DNA of 64,000 nucleotides from a virus. Where the stretch lies: positions 3,608-67,607 of the IMG/VR virus record IMGVR_UViG_3300029624_000178; one strand, given 5' to 3'. The notes below the pieces were generated by a model. The model searched no databases, was not told the DNA's origin, and worked only from the letters and a program-made list of their open reading frames with translations. Shown here piece after piece: positions 1 through 9,740 of the stretch (its first letter is position 1; each line of letters opens with the position of its first letter). The position numbers and the translations under genes are program-made.

Positions 1-927
1 GCCGCGCGCAACGGAGAGGATCCTGCCGCCGAGCGCGATGCCGGACGGAAGGCCATCACGGTGAAGGAACTGGCTGAGCGCTTCGACAGGGAGCACGTCT
101 CTCTTAGGGTCAAGCCCAGCACAGCGAAGGAGTATCGCCGCAACCTCGAGCGTTTCATCCTCCCTGCCCTCGGGCGACTGACGGTCACCGGTATCACCCG
201 CGCCGACGTCGCAAAGTTCCATCACGACCTGCGGCACATTCCGTACCAGGCCAATCGCTGCCTCGAGGTCATCTCCAAGATGTTCAGCCTTGCGGAGATG
301 TGGGGGCTGCGACCGGACGGCACCAACCCGCGCAAACACATCAGGAAGTACCCGGAGGAAAAGCGTGAGCGCTTTCTCAGCGCCGCCGAACTCCGCCGCG
401 TTGGCGAGGTTCTGCGAGAGATGGAGGTCGAGGGCGTCGAGCTGCCCTCGGCGATCCTGGCCGTGACACTGCTAATCCTGACTGGGTGCCGTCTGAACGA
501 GATCATGACGCTCAAATGGGAGTACGTCGAATTCAAGGACAAGGTGCTCCGCCTTCCCGACTCCAAGACCGGCGCCAAGGTCGTTCATCTCGGCCAGCCG
601 GCGATCGAGCTTCTGAAGGCCGCGGAGCGGATCGAAGATAACCCCTGGGTCATCACCGGCACATTGGAAGGAAAGCGCCTGAGCGATCTGCAGCCATTCT
701 GGCAGAGAGTTCGGGCTCGGGCCGGACTGAAGGACGCTCGGATCCACGATCTCCGTCACACCTTCGCCTCGACCGCAGTGGCCGCCGGTCAGGGACTACC
801 GATGATCGGAAAGCTCCTCGGCCACACTCAGGTCCAGACGACCGCGCGCTATGCCCACCTAGCCGCCGATCCCGTGAAGAGCGCCGCCGATTCAGTGGCC
901 AATTCTCTCCAGCAGGCTCTCGGATAA
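1..927 (+). CDS. int: Tyrosine recombinase / phage integrase (5'-truncated by window edge)
   Basis: Frame open from base 1; catalytic R (TGCR), K (SKTG), HDLRH, LLGH, TARYAH all present. Confidence 0.95.
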   Translation, partial: AARNGEDPAAERDAGRKAITVKELAERFDREHVSLRVKPSTAKEYRRNLERFILPALGRLTVTGITRADVAKFHHDLRHIPYQANRCLEVISKMFSLAEMWGLRPDGTNPRKHIRKYPEEKRERFLSAAELRRVGEVLREMEVEGVELPSAILAVTLLILTGCRLNEIMTLKWEYVEFKDKVLRLPDSKTGAKVVHLGQPAIELLKAAERIEDNPWVITGTLEGKRLSDLQPFWQRVRARAGLKDARIHDLRHTFASTAVAAGQGLPMIGKLLGHTQVQTTARYAHLAADPVKSAADSVANSLQQALG

Positions 928-994
928 AGACACGCCCGAGCCCGCTGAATTTCGATTGAACACGACGCAACGCTCGGCTACCTTGCCTCAAGAG

Positions 995-1023
995 CCCAGA
1001 AACTGGTCACGCCAAGTTTCGGG
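995..1023. promoter_or_regulatory. Imperfect inverted repeat, candidate operator of the WYL regulator
   Basis: cccaGAAACTgg-tcacg-ccaAGTTTCggg just upstream of the WYL start; BrxR/CapW-type regulators bind inverted repeats at their own promoters. Confidence 0.35.
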
Positions 1024-1046
1024 ACGGATCATGTCACTGGGAGTGC

Positions 1047-1928
1047 ATGGTGGAGGCAGAAAAGGCAGGCCTTCGGTGGGGGGTCGAGCAACGGCTCGAG
1101 TTCATCGAGTTTCGCCTGTTTTGGGAGGGGCATGTGAATCGCGGCGATCTGATGGATGCGTTCGGCGTATCGGTGAACCAAGCGTCCACCGACCTGAACC
1201 GCTACATCGGGATGGCGCCCGACAACATGACCTACGACAAGAGCGCCCGCACCTATATCCGCGGCAGCGCGTTCGACCCACTATTCCTGAAACCGGACGC
1301 CAGCCGCTACCTCTCGCAACTCCGCTCCGTCGCTGACGGTATTCTCGACCCCTCCGACGCCTGGATTGGCCAATTTCCATCCTACGATGCGGCGCCCACC
1401 CCGGTGCGTGGCGTCTATGCCAAGACCTTGCGCTCGGTGATCGCGGCGATCCGGAGGTCGGAGGCTATCGAGGTCAAATACCAGTCGCTCTCGCGCCCCG
1501 AGCCTCGATGGCGCTGGATCGCGCCGCACGCCATCGGCTTCGACGGCTTCCGTTGGCACACTCGGGCCTTCTGCCTCACCGACCACAGCTTCAAGGACTT
1601 CCTGCTCTCCCGGATCATCGAGACCCGCAGCACCAAGCCGAGCGAGGTCAGTCCCGAAGCCGACGGCGACTGGAACGAGCAAGTGACCCTGGAGATCGGC
1701 CCTCACCCCGAACTGTCGGATACGCAGCAGAAGGTCATCGCCCTCGACTACGGAATGAAAGGCGGGAAAGCCAAGATTCCCGTCCGCAAGGCCCTGCTCT
1801 ACTACGCGCTAAAGCGGCTGGGGCTGGATACCGATCCGAACGATCGGCAACCGCAAGACCAGCAAATCATTCTTCTTAACCGCGCTCAGGTCAGCGCCAC
1901 GAGCGGAATCGAGAGCAGGATCGACTGA
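1047..1928 (+). CDS. WYL-domain transcriptional regulator (BrxR/CapW-like)
   Basis: N-terminal wHTH (RLEFIEFRLFWEGHVNRGDLMDAFGVS), WYL core (YQSLS..RWIAPHAIGFDGFRWHTRAFC..FKDFLLSRI); first gene of a defence operon. Confidence 0.9.
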   Translation: MVEAEKAGLRWGVEQRLEFIEFRLFWEGHVNRGDLMDAFGVSVNQASTDLNRYIGMAPDNMTYDKSARTYIRGSAFDPLFLKPDASRYLSQLRSVADGILDPSDAWIGQFPSYDAAPTPVRGVYAKTLRSVIAAIRRSEAIEVKYQSLSRPEPRWRWIAPHAIGFDGFRWHTRAFCLTDHSFKDFLLSRIIETRSTKPSEVSPEADGDWNEQVTLEIGPHPELSDTQQKVIALDYGMKGGKAKIPVRKALLYYALKRLGLDTDPNDRQPQDQQIILLNRAQVSATSGIESRID

Positions 1929-1929
1929 C

Positions 1930-4900
1930 ATGGCACGCCTCGAAGAGCTTCTCCCCAATACATCGGTTCGTGGGATTCTGCCGGACGGACTCGTGAACGT
2001 GGTCAATGTGCAGTGGTACGGCTCCGAGGCTTTGGAGCTCACCTACAAGGACCCGCGGGGGAAAGTCGCCAACGAGCTGCTGTACCGACATGATGAAGCG
2101 CGCCTGGAGGTCGTCGAAGAAGGGCGGCCGTGGAGCCTCGATGGCGATGGACGCCTGTTCAGGCTCGTATCCGAGGCGCATCGTATAAGGCTTGCCCACC
2201 TCTTTGACCCTGTCCTCGCTGTCCACACGTCGCTTGTCGAGCCCTTGCCTCACCAGATCACCGCGGTGTACGAGGAGATGCTGCCTCGACAACCTCTACG
2301 CTTCTTGCTGGCCGATGACCCAGGGGCCGGCAAGACAATCATGGCGGGCCTCCTAATCAAGGAGCTTATCGCCAGGGGCGACCTTCATCGTTGTCTGGTC
2401 GTCTGCCCGGGAAGCTTAGCCGAACAGTGGCAAGACGAACTTTATCGCCGGTTCCAACTGCCGTTCGAGATCATGACGAACGACAAGCTGGAAGCGGCGA
2501 GGACTGGAAACTGGTTCCTTGAGAATAATCTCGTAATCGCGCGACTGGATAAGCTCAGCCGGAACGAGGACGTCCAAACAAAGCTTGAAGTCCCGGACGC
2601 TAGATGGGACCTCGTGGTGTGCGACGAGGCCCACAAGATGTCCGCCAGCTTCTTCGGCGGCGAGATCAAGTACACGAAACGCTATCAGCTAGGGCAGAAG
2701 CTGTCGTCGCTTACCCGTCACTTCCTCCTGATGACGGCCACTCCTCACAATGGAAAGGAGGAGGATTTCCAGCTTTTCATGGCCTTGATCGACGGGGACC
2801 GTTTCGAGGGGCGGTTCCGCGATGGTGTCCATGCGAGCGATGTCTCCGACCTCATGCGGCGGATGATCAAAGAAAACCTCCTCAAGTTCGACTCAACTCC
2901 GTTGTTTCCTCCCAGGGTAGCGAAGACCGTTCCGTATCAGCTATCGGACAAGGAGGCCGAACTCTATAAGGCGGTCACGGCCTACGTCCGCGAAGAATTC
3001 AACCGCGCGGAAGCACTACAGAACGACAGGCGTGCCGGAACCGTCGGCTTCGCGTTGACAATCCTCCAACGTCGTCTCGCGTCGTCACCAGAAGCAATCT
3101 ATCAGTCGCTGCGCCGCCGCCGCGAACGGCTCGAAGGCCGCCTTCGCGAACTTGAGCTCCTTCAGCGCGGTGCGGCGGTTCAGGCCCTCTCGACCACGGG
3201 ACCCTCATTCGATGCCGAGGACCTGGACGACCTCGAAGACGCGCCGGACCAAGAACTCGAGGATACCGAGGATGAGATCCTCGACCAGGCCACGGCCGCT
3301 CGCACGATAGACGAGCTGAAGGCCGAGATCGCAACCCTCGTAAATCTCGAAAGACTTGCCCTTAGTGTCCGCCGGGGCGGCGAGGACAAGAAATGGCGCG
3401 AACTGGCCGAACTTCTAACCGAGATATTCACACCCGCCGCCATCGCCAATCAGCTGGCCGAAGATCCCGCCACTTACGATGCTGGAGTGCCAGCCCCCAA
3501 GGCGTCTCCAAATCAGAAGCTCGTAATTTTCACCGAGCACCGAGATACGCTGACATATTTGGTGAACCGCGTCAGCACGCTTCTCGGCCAAAGGGAGGCA
3601 GTCGTCACTATACATGGCGGCGTGGGCCGTGAAGACCGCATGAAGGCCCAGGAGGCCTTCCGCCACGATCCGGAAGTGAAGGTTCTGATCGCCACGGACG
3701 CAGCGGGGGAAGGCATCAATCTCCAGCGCGCCCATCTGATGGTCAACTATGACCTGCCATGGAACCCCAACCGGCTGGAACAGCGGTTCGGCCGCATCCA
3801 CCGGATTGGACAAACCGAGGTCTGCTTCCTCTGGAACCTCGTCGCAGATGAAACGCGTGAAGGCGACGTCTACCGCACTTTGCTGGAAAAGCTCGAGCGG
3901 GCGAGAGAGGCCTTGGGCGGGCAAGTTTTCGACGTCTTGGGCAAGGTTGTCTTTGACGGCAAGCCCCTCCGGGAACTGCTCATTGAGGCTGTTCGCTTCG
4001 GAGAACGGCCAGACATCAAGGCGCACCTCACCAAGGCCGTCGAGGGTGCTCTTGATCATGAAGAGCTCAGGTCGCTCCTGGAGGACCGTGTTCTCGCCCC
4101 GGAGACCATGGACGCCAGCCGTGTACACAGGGTGCGTGAGGAAATGGAACGGGCTGACGCTCGGCGCCTCCAGCCACACTACATCGAGTCCTTTTTTTTA
4201 GAGGCGTTCAAGGAACTCGGTGGAACCGCGCGTCAGCGGGAGCATCGACGGTATGAAGCGACGCGCGTTCCCGCGCCGATCCGTAACCGGGACCGCCTGA
4301 TCGGCTTGGGAGAACCAGTGCTCTCCCGATACGAGCGCATCGTCTTCGAGAAGAGCTTGATCGCCCCGCAAGGACAGCCCCTCGCTGCCTTTGTCTGCCC
4401 GGGCCATCCGCTCCTCGACGCAACACTTGACCTTACGCTTGAGCGACATCGCGACCTCATGCGGCGAGGAGCCATCCTCGTCGACGAGCGGGATATCGGG
4501 GATAGCCCGAGGATGCTGTTCTACTTGGAACACGCGATCCAGGATGGCAGTCAAACGCGCTCTGGTGAACGGCGCATCGTTTCGAAGCGCATGCTCTATG
4601 TCGAGATGGATGCCGACGGCAATGCCGGTCATCTCCACTATGCGCCCTACCTCGACTATCGGCCGCTCCAGGACGGTGAGCCTCCGGCTGCCGAGATCCT
4701 TCAGCGGCCCGAATGCTCCTGGCTAAGCCGCGACCTGGAAGCGAAGGCACAGGCCCACGCGATCGGGAATGTCGTCCCCGATCATGTCCGCGAGGTGTCG
4801 GGCCGCAGGCTGGAGTTGATCGCCAAGACGGAAGCCGCGGTGAAGGAGCGGCTTACCAAGGAGATCAACTACTGGGACCACAGGGCGGAGGAGCTCAAGC

Positions 4901-5514
4901 TTCAGGAGCAATCAGGCAAAATCAATGCTCGCCTCAATTCGAACGAGGCACGGCGCCGAGCGGACCAGCTGCAGGCGCGCCTCGAGAAGAGAATGGCGGA
5001 GCTCAAGCTCGAAGCAAAGCTGTCACCGCTTCCACCTGTCGTCATGGGTGGAATGCTCATTGTCCCGATTGGCCTGCTTGCGAAAATGGCGCCCGACCGC
5101 GTCGCGAAGCCAACGGTCTCAACAGATACACAGGCCGCTGCGGCACGCGCCCGGCAGATCATCATGGCCGTTGAGCGTGATCTCGGTTTCGAACCGACGG
5201 ATCGGGAGTTTGAGAAGCTCGGCTACGACATCGAGAGCAGAATGCCCGGCACCGGCCGGCTGCGGTTCATTGAGGTTAAAGGCCGCGCACAGGATGCCGC
5301 GACCATTACGGTGACGAAGAACGAAGTCCTTTACTCGCTGAACAAGCCCGACGACTTCATTCTCGCGATCGTCGAGTTTAAAGGCGATCTTCAGAACGGC
5401 GATCACCAGGTGCACTACGTCCGCCGTCCGTTCCAGCGCGAGCCGGACTTTGGCGTGACCAGCGTAAACTACAGCTTCGCTGAGCTGCTCGCGCGCGCGG
5501 AGCCGCCCAGGTGA
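1930..5514 (+). CDS. SNF2-family helicase with C-terminal DUF3883/NOV-like PD-(D/E)XK nuclease domain
   Basis: LLADDPGAGKT, DEAH, TATPH, GEGINLQ, NPNRLEQRFGRIHRIGQ; C-terminal GYDIES..RFIEVKG. Confidence 0.92.
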   Translation: MARLEELLPNTSVRGILPDGLVNVVNVQWYGSEALELTYKDPRGKVANELLYRHDEARLEVVEEGRPWSLDGDGRLFRLVSEAHRIRLAHLFDPVLAVHTSLVEPLPHQITAVYEEMLPRQPLRFLLADDPGAGKTIMAGLLIKELIARGDLHRCLVVCPGSLAEQWQDELYRRFQLPFEIMTNDKLEAARTGNWFLENNLVIARLDKLSRNEDVQTKLEVPDARWDLVVCDEAHKMSASFFGGEIKYTKRYQLGQKLSSLTRHFLLMTATPHNGKEEDFQLFMALIDGDRFEGRFRDGVHASDVSDLMRRMIKENLLKFDSTPLFPPRVAKTVPYQLSDKEAELYKAVTAYVREEFNRAEALQNDRRAGTVGFALTILQRRLASSPEAIYQSLRRRRERLEGRLRELELLQRGAAVQALSTTGPSFDAEDLDDLEDAPDQELEDTEDEILDQATAARTIDELKAEIATLVNLERLALSVRRGGEDKKWRELAELLTEIFTPAAIANQLAEDPATYDAGVPAPKASPNQKLVIFTEHRDTLTYLVNRVSTLLGQREAVVTIHGGVGREDRMKAQEAFRHDPEVKVLIATDAAGEGINLQRAHLMVNYDLPWNPNRLEQRFGRIHRIGQTEVCFLWNLVADETREGDVYRTLLEKLERAREALGGQVFDVLGKVVFDGKPLRELLIEAVRFGERPDIKAHLTKAVEGALDHEELRSLLEDRVLAPETMDASRVHRVREEMERADARRLQPHYIESFFLEAFKELGGTARQREHRRYEATRVPAPIRNRDRLIGLGEPVLSRYERIVFEKSLIAPQGQPLAAFVCPGHPLLDATLDLTLERHRDLMRRGAILVDERDIGDSPRMLFYLEHAIQDGSQTRSGERRIVSKRMLYVEMDADGNAGHLHYAPYLDYRPLQDGEPPAAEILQRPECSWLSRDLEAKAQAHAIGNVVPDHVREVSGRRLELIAKTEAAVKERLTKEINYWDHRAEELKLQEQSGKINARLNSNEARRRADQLQARLEKRMAELKLEAKLSPLPPVVMGGMLIVPIGLLAKMAPDRVAKPTVSTDTQAAAARARQIIMAVERDLGFEPTDREFEKLGYDIESRMPGTGRLRFIEVKGRAQDAATITVTKNEVLYSLNKPDDFILAIVEFKGDLQNGDHQVHYVRRPFQREPDFGVTSVNYSFAELLARAEPPR

Positions 5515-8500
5515 GTGGCAAGCCGGCATATTTCGAGACCATTCGCCGGAAGGCCGCGCGGCGGTGGGATCAACTGGAGGGAGATCCCGAGCTCGCCGGT
5601 CCATGGCATCAGTTATTCAAGCAGGTGCAAAGCCCGCGGCACATCCTCTCCGAGCTTCTCCAGAACGCCGACGACGCTGGTGCCACCGAAGCCTCTGTGC
5701 GCATAGAAGATCGGGTCTTCATATTCGAGCATAACGGCGAGGACTTCACTGAAGAGCACTTCACATCGCTCTGTCGGTTCGGGTACTCGAATAAGCGAGC
5801 CCTGCACACCATCGGATTCCGCGGGATTGGCTTCAAGAGTACCTTCAGCCTCGGAGACCGGGTCGAGCTCTTCACTCCGTCTCTTTCCATCGGCTTCCAT
5901 CGTCGGCGCTTCACTGAGCCGGAGTGGATCGAGCCATCGCCGGACCCCAACGGACGGACCAGCGTCCGGGTCGCGATCAGCGACCAGCACCGGAAACGGG
6001 AAGTGGAGAAGAACCTTGAAGAATGGCTCAAGAGTCCTGTTTCGCTGCTCTTCTTCAATAACATCCGTCGGGTACGAATTGGCGCGCGGGAAGTCCACTG
6101 GGGCAGTCTCGGCTCCGGCCCAATCCCGGAAAGTGAGTGGATGGCTCGCTATGAGAACGAGGACGAGACATATCTGCTGATCCGATCGGAACCGGAGTCC
6201 TTCCCTGACGACGCGCTGACCGAAATCCGCCAAGAGCGGATGCTTGGCACGGAAGAGGAGACGGAATTTCCTCCGTGCAAGGTCGAAATCGTGTTGGGGG
6301 CAAAGGGACGACTCTATGTGGTCCTGCCAACAGGTATCGAGACAGAGCTGCCGTTCGCCTGCAACGCCCCCTTCATACAGGATCCCGCTCGCCTCAAGAT
6401 CAAAGATCCTGAGACGTCGCCCACGAACCGCTGGCTGCTAAAGCGCGCCGGAAAGCTCGCTGCAACCGCCATGCTTCATTGGCTAGAGCAGAAGGAAGCG
6501 TCTCGCGTCGACCGAGCGCACGCCTATGGCTTGTTGCCCGACGTCGACCGCGAGGACGGTTCGATAGAGGGCATCTGCGGCACCGTCGTGGAGGAAGCGT
6601 TCGCCGACGCAATCGATGGACAGGACCTTCTCCTTACCGAGGATGGGCAACTCGTCCCGAAGAATCAGAGCGTCACTATTCCGAGACCTGTTTTTGGTGT
6701 CTGGGCTCCTGACCAGGCAGCTGCTTTGCTTGATGAGAACGGCCGGCCGGCACTCTGTCAGAGCGTTAGCGCCGCCGATCGGAAGAAGCTGGTTCGCTGG
6801 AACATTGTCGACGAGATCGGCAAGGAGACGGTCCTTGGCATTCTCCAGCGGAAGCACCTCCCCAGGCCCGAGACTTGGCGACAGCTGCTGAATCTGTGGT
6901 CATACGTCGCGCCAGATGTGACCGGCTACCGCCATTATGTGAGTGCTGAAGACGTCAAGATCGTGCCCGTACAAGGCAAGGATGTGTTGTACGCGGCGAA
7001 TGAGGTTGTCCGACTTGGAGAGAAGAAGCTTCTTCAGTCCGAAGGCGACTGGGAATTCCTTTCACAGTACCTGATTGTGCTCAATCAGAATTGGCCGCGC
7101 TTCCTCGCCGAACAGCGGCGCGGTGCCTCCGAGGGTACGGGCACCGTGGCCAAGGATGACGTGGAGGCGGCGTACGCCGTCCTGGAGGAAATCGGCCTGG
7201 AGGACACCAGCGACGCGAACAAAGTCGTTGACCAGGTAGCAGCCGAGTTCTTCTCCCAGGACAGCGTATCTTTGGGAGGCTGCGTGCAACTTGCACAGAT
7301 CGCCGCAAAGCTGGGTGCGAATGTCGGCGACAGCTTCAAGTATGCCACATGCGATCGTCGCCTCCGGTCGAGCGATAAAGCAATCCTTTTCGACGAAGAT
7401 GGAAAGCTTGGCGATCTTTTGCCCGAGGCCCAACGCGAGGCTAGTGTTCTCCATCAGGATTATTCGCGCACCTTCACGTCCTGCTCGTCGGAAGACTGGC
7501 AGAAGTGGATAGCGTCCGGCCGATCGAATCTCCTGACCTTCGTTCCCTTGGTTTCAAAGCGGACCAGCGTCTACAGCAAGCGGCAGATCGAACAGGAGGC
7601 GCGGCTCCGTGGGCACCAAGGTGAGTTGTCGTACCCGTATGTCACGTCCCAATTCGTTATCGAGGATTGGGACTTCGAAGAGACCTACTGGCGTCACTGG
7701 CAGGCTTTGGCTTCCGATGACGATCGGATTTGGGTCAAGCTCGTCGATCGGATCATGGCACAGCGAGAGACCTATTGGAGCCGGGCCAAGAGCGCCAGGC
7801 TTCTCCAGGTGGCGACCACCGGCAACACCCGCTCCATGACGTTCAGCCCGCTGTTGCCGTCATGGGCGCTGAAGCTGCGAAAGCTGCCATGCCTATCTGA
7901 TACGCGGGGCTTTCATCGGAAGCCGGACGACCTTCTCCGGCGTACTCCGGAGACAGAGTCCCTGATGGACGTGGAGCCATTTGTCCACGGCCTTCTGGAT
8001 CGAGAGACCACGCGACCGCTCCTCGACCTGCTGGGTGTGCGAAGCACGCCCACTGGCCCCGACCGCCTAATCGAATGCCTTCGAGCTCTGGCGAAAGCGG
8101 ATAAGCCACCCGTCCACGAGGTCGAAAAGTGGTACCGCCGACTGGATCAGATGGTCGAGACGTGCTCGACCGCCGACTTCCAGAAGATCCGGCAGGCTCT
8201 GCGAACTGAGAAGCTCATTCTGACCCATGATGGCTCTTGGGCGACCGCGTCGTCGGTCTTTTTGACGTCCGACGACGAGGATGTGCCGGATGCGGCCGTA
8301 ATCCGCAGTTCGGTGAGCGACCTCGCCCTGTGGCGGAAGATTGGCGTGTCCGATCGGCCAACGGCTGACCTTGCAATTGAGTGGTTGAAGGGCCTCGAGT
8401 CAGGAGCCGCGCTTGCTCACGAGGATGCTCGGCGCGTTCGATCTCTACTCATACGTCATCCCATTCGCATTTGGGAGGAATGCGGGCACTGGCTCAACCT

Positions 8501-9740
8501 CGCCGGTGAGTGGTCGCCGGTCGAGAACCTTGCCTATGCGCTTACGATGCAGTCGCTGATCCCATGGCGGCACCTGCACCAGTGGGTGAAGCAGACGACG
8601 GCAGACCTACAGCGGCTCCCCGGAGAAGCGACTTCCAGTCCGCCATTTTCAGAACTGCCACTGCTGGCAGCGCAGATCGAGGAGCGTTTCCAGGAGGATC
8701 CCCTGTTCGCAGGGCAGCCTCTCAAAAAGGAGTGGCTGCGGACTCTTGGTATTGAGCTGTGCCGGATCGAACTCGACGCCGAGGAAGAGACTGACCGGGT
8801 GCGCGCTGTTGCCGCGATGCTCGCCAAGACCGAGTGGGTCGAAACGCCGGGTCTGGAGATCATCCCGTACATCAACGGTACGCCTGCCGGGACACCGCGC
8901 CGCGCAGATGTCGTGTGGCTCGGTGAGCGCCTGTACGTGGAGCCGCTCCCTAAGGCGAAACTCGCCCGCCGTGTGCCCGAGGAAATCGGCAAGGTATTCG
9001 CCCGGTCCGACATCAAGGCTGCGCTCGATTACAGCTTTGATCGTTCCGCACAGGACATTCGAGAGTACCTCGCGGAAAATTTCTCTCTTACACCGGCCGC
9101 CCCCCTGCCCACAGTGGCGGACGTGCCGTCAGGTGAAGAGCCCGACCAGAATGCGCCCGAAGCGAAACCTACTCCGGATCCATCTGATCTTCACACTGAC
9201 GAGCCTGTCACCGCGTCTGACGATACGACCGTATCACCGGAGCTCGACTCCGAAGATCTGGCTCCTGGCGATGATACCGACGGCGAAGAGGAACAGCAGC
9301 CCCTCGATGGCATCGACAACCGGGACACCCGCCCCAGGCCGACGCCAAAGCCCCCGAAGCCGAGCATCATGGAGCGGTTCGCGAAGTCACAGGGCTTCCG
9401 CAAGGACGGCGAGGACCGCTTCTTCCATGAAAGCGGCAGTTGGATCGGCAAGGCCAACGGTGCGCGCTTTCCCTGGGAGCACCGCACTGCGGGCGGCGAT
9501 CTGGTCCGCTACTACTGGCCCAAGGACCATTGCCTCGAACAGGAGCCGCTGCAGCTCGAGGCCGATGTCTGGGGGCTGATAGAGCAGCATCCCGACACCT
9601 ACGCACTCATCCTTTCAAACGTGGAGGGTGCCCCGGTCGAAGTGACCGGGGCCCGTCTGCGCGCCATGCGCGACGGGGGCGAAGTCACCCTTTACCCAGC
9701 AACATACAGGCTCGTTTACGACCATGACCGCCACGCGTAA
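5511..9740 (+). CDS. Large protein with N-terminal sacsin-like GHKL ATPase domain (1409 aa)
   Basis: ELLQNADDAGA, HNGEDF, IGFRGIGFKSTF GHKL motifs; acidic/Pro-rich linker before a small C-terminal domain; GTGA overlap with the helicase stop. Confidence 0.85.
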   Translation: MSGKPAYFETIRRKAARRWDQLEGDPELAGPWHQLFKQVQSPRHILSELLQNADDAGATEASVRIEDRVFIFEHNGEDFTEEHFTSLCRFGYSNKRALHTIGFRGIGFKSTFSLGDRVELFTPSLSIGFHRRRFTEPEWIEPSPDPNGRTSVRVAISDQHRKREVEKNLEEWLKSPVSLLFFNNIRRVRIGAREVHWGSLGSGPIPESEWMARYENEDETYLLIRSEPESFPDDALTEIRQERMLGTEEETEFPPCKVEIVLGAKGRLYVVLPTGIETELPFACNAPFIQDPARLKIKDPETSPTNRWLLKRAGKLAATAMLHWLEQKEASRVDRAHAYGLLPDVDREDGSIEGICGTVVEEAFADAIDGQDLLLTEDGQLVPKNQSVTIPRPVFGVWAPDQAAALLDENGRPALCQSVSAADRKKLVRWNIVDEIGKETVLGILQRKHLPRPETWRQLLNLWSYVAPDVTGYRHYVSAEDVKIVPVQGKDVLYAANEVVRLGEKKLLQSEGDWEFLSQYLIVLNQNWPRFLAEQRRGASEGTGTVAKDDVEAAYAVLEEIGLEDTSDANKVVDQVAAEFFSQDSVSLGGCVQLAQIAAKLGANVGDSFKYATCDRRLRSSDKAILFDEDGKLGDLLPEAQREASVLHQDYSRTFTSCSSEDWQKWIASGRSNLLTFVPLVSKRTSVYSKRQIEQEARLRGHQGELSYPYVTSQFVIEDWDFEETYWRHWQALASDDDRIWVKLVDRIMAQRETYWSRAKSARLLQVATTGNTRSMTFSPLLPSWALKLRKLPCLSDTRGFHRKPDDLLRRTPETESLMDVEPFVHGLLDRETTRPLLDLLGVRSTPTGPDRLIECLRALAKADKPPVHEVEKWYRRLDQMVETCSTADFQKIRQALRTEKLILTHDGSWATASSVFLTSDDEDVPDAAVIRSSVSDLALWRKIGVSDRPTADLAIEWLKGLESGAALAHEDARRVRSLLIRHPIRIWEECGHWLNLAGEWSPVENLAYALTMQSLIPWRHLHQWVKQTTADLQRLPGEATSSPPFSELPLLAAQIEERFQEDPLFAGQPLKKEWLRTLGIELCRIELDAEEETDRVRAVAAMLAKTEWVETPGLEIIPYINGTPAGTPRRADVVWLGERLYVEPLPKAKLARRVPEEIGKVFARSDIKAALDYSFDRSAQDIREYLAENFSLTPAAPLPTVADVPSGEEPDQNAPEAKPTPDPSDLHTDEPVTASDDTTVSPELDSEDLAPGDDTDGEEEQQPLDGIDNRDTRPRPTPKPPKPSIMERFAKSQGFRKDGEDRFFHESGSWIGKANGARFPWEHRTAGGDLVRYYWPKDHCLEQEPLQLEADVWGLIEQHPDTYALILSNVEGAPVEVTGARLRAMRDGGEVTLYPATYRLVYDHDRHA

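Noticed and set aside
9090-9365. Low-complexity stretch as DNA repeat or insertion
   Set aside because: In-frame acidic/Pro-rich protein linker; no nucleotide repeat unit.
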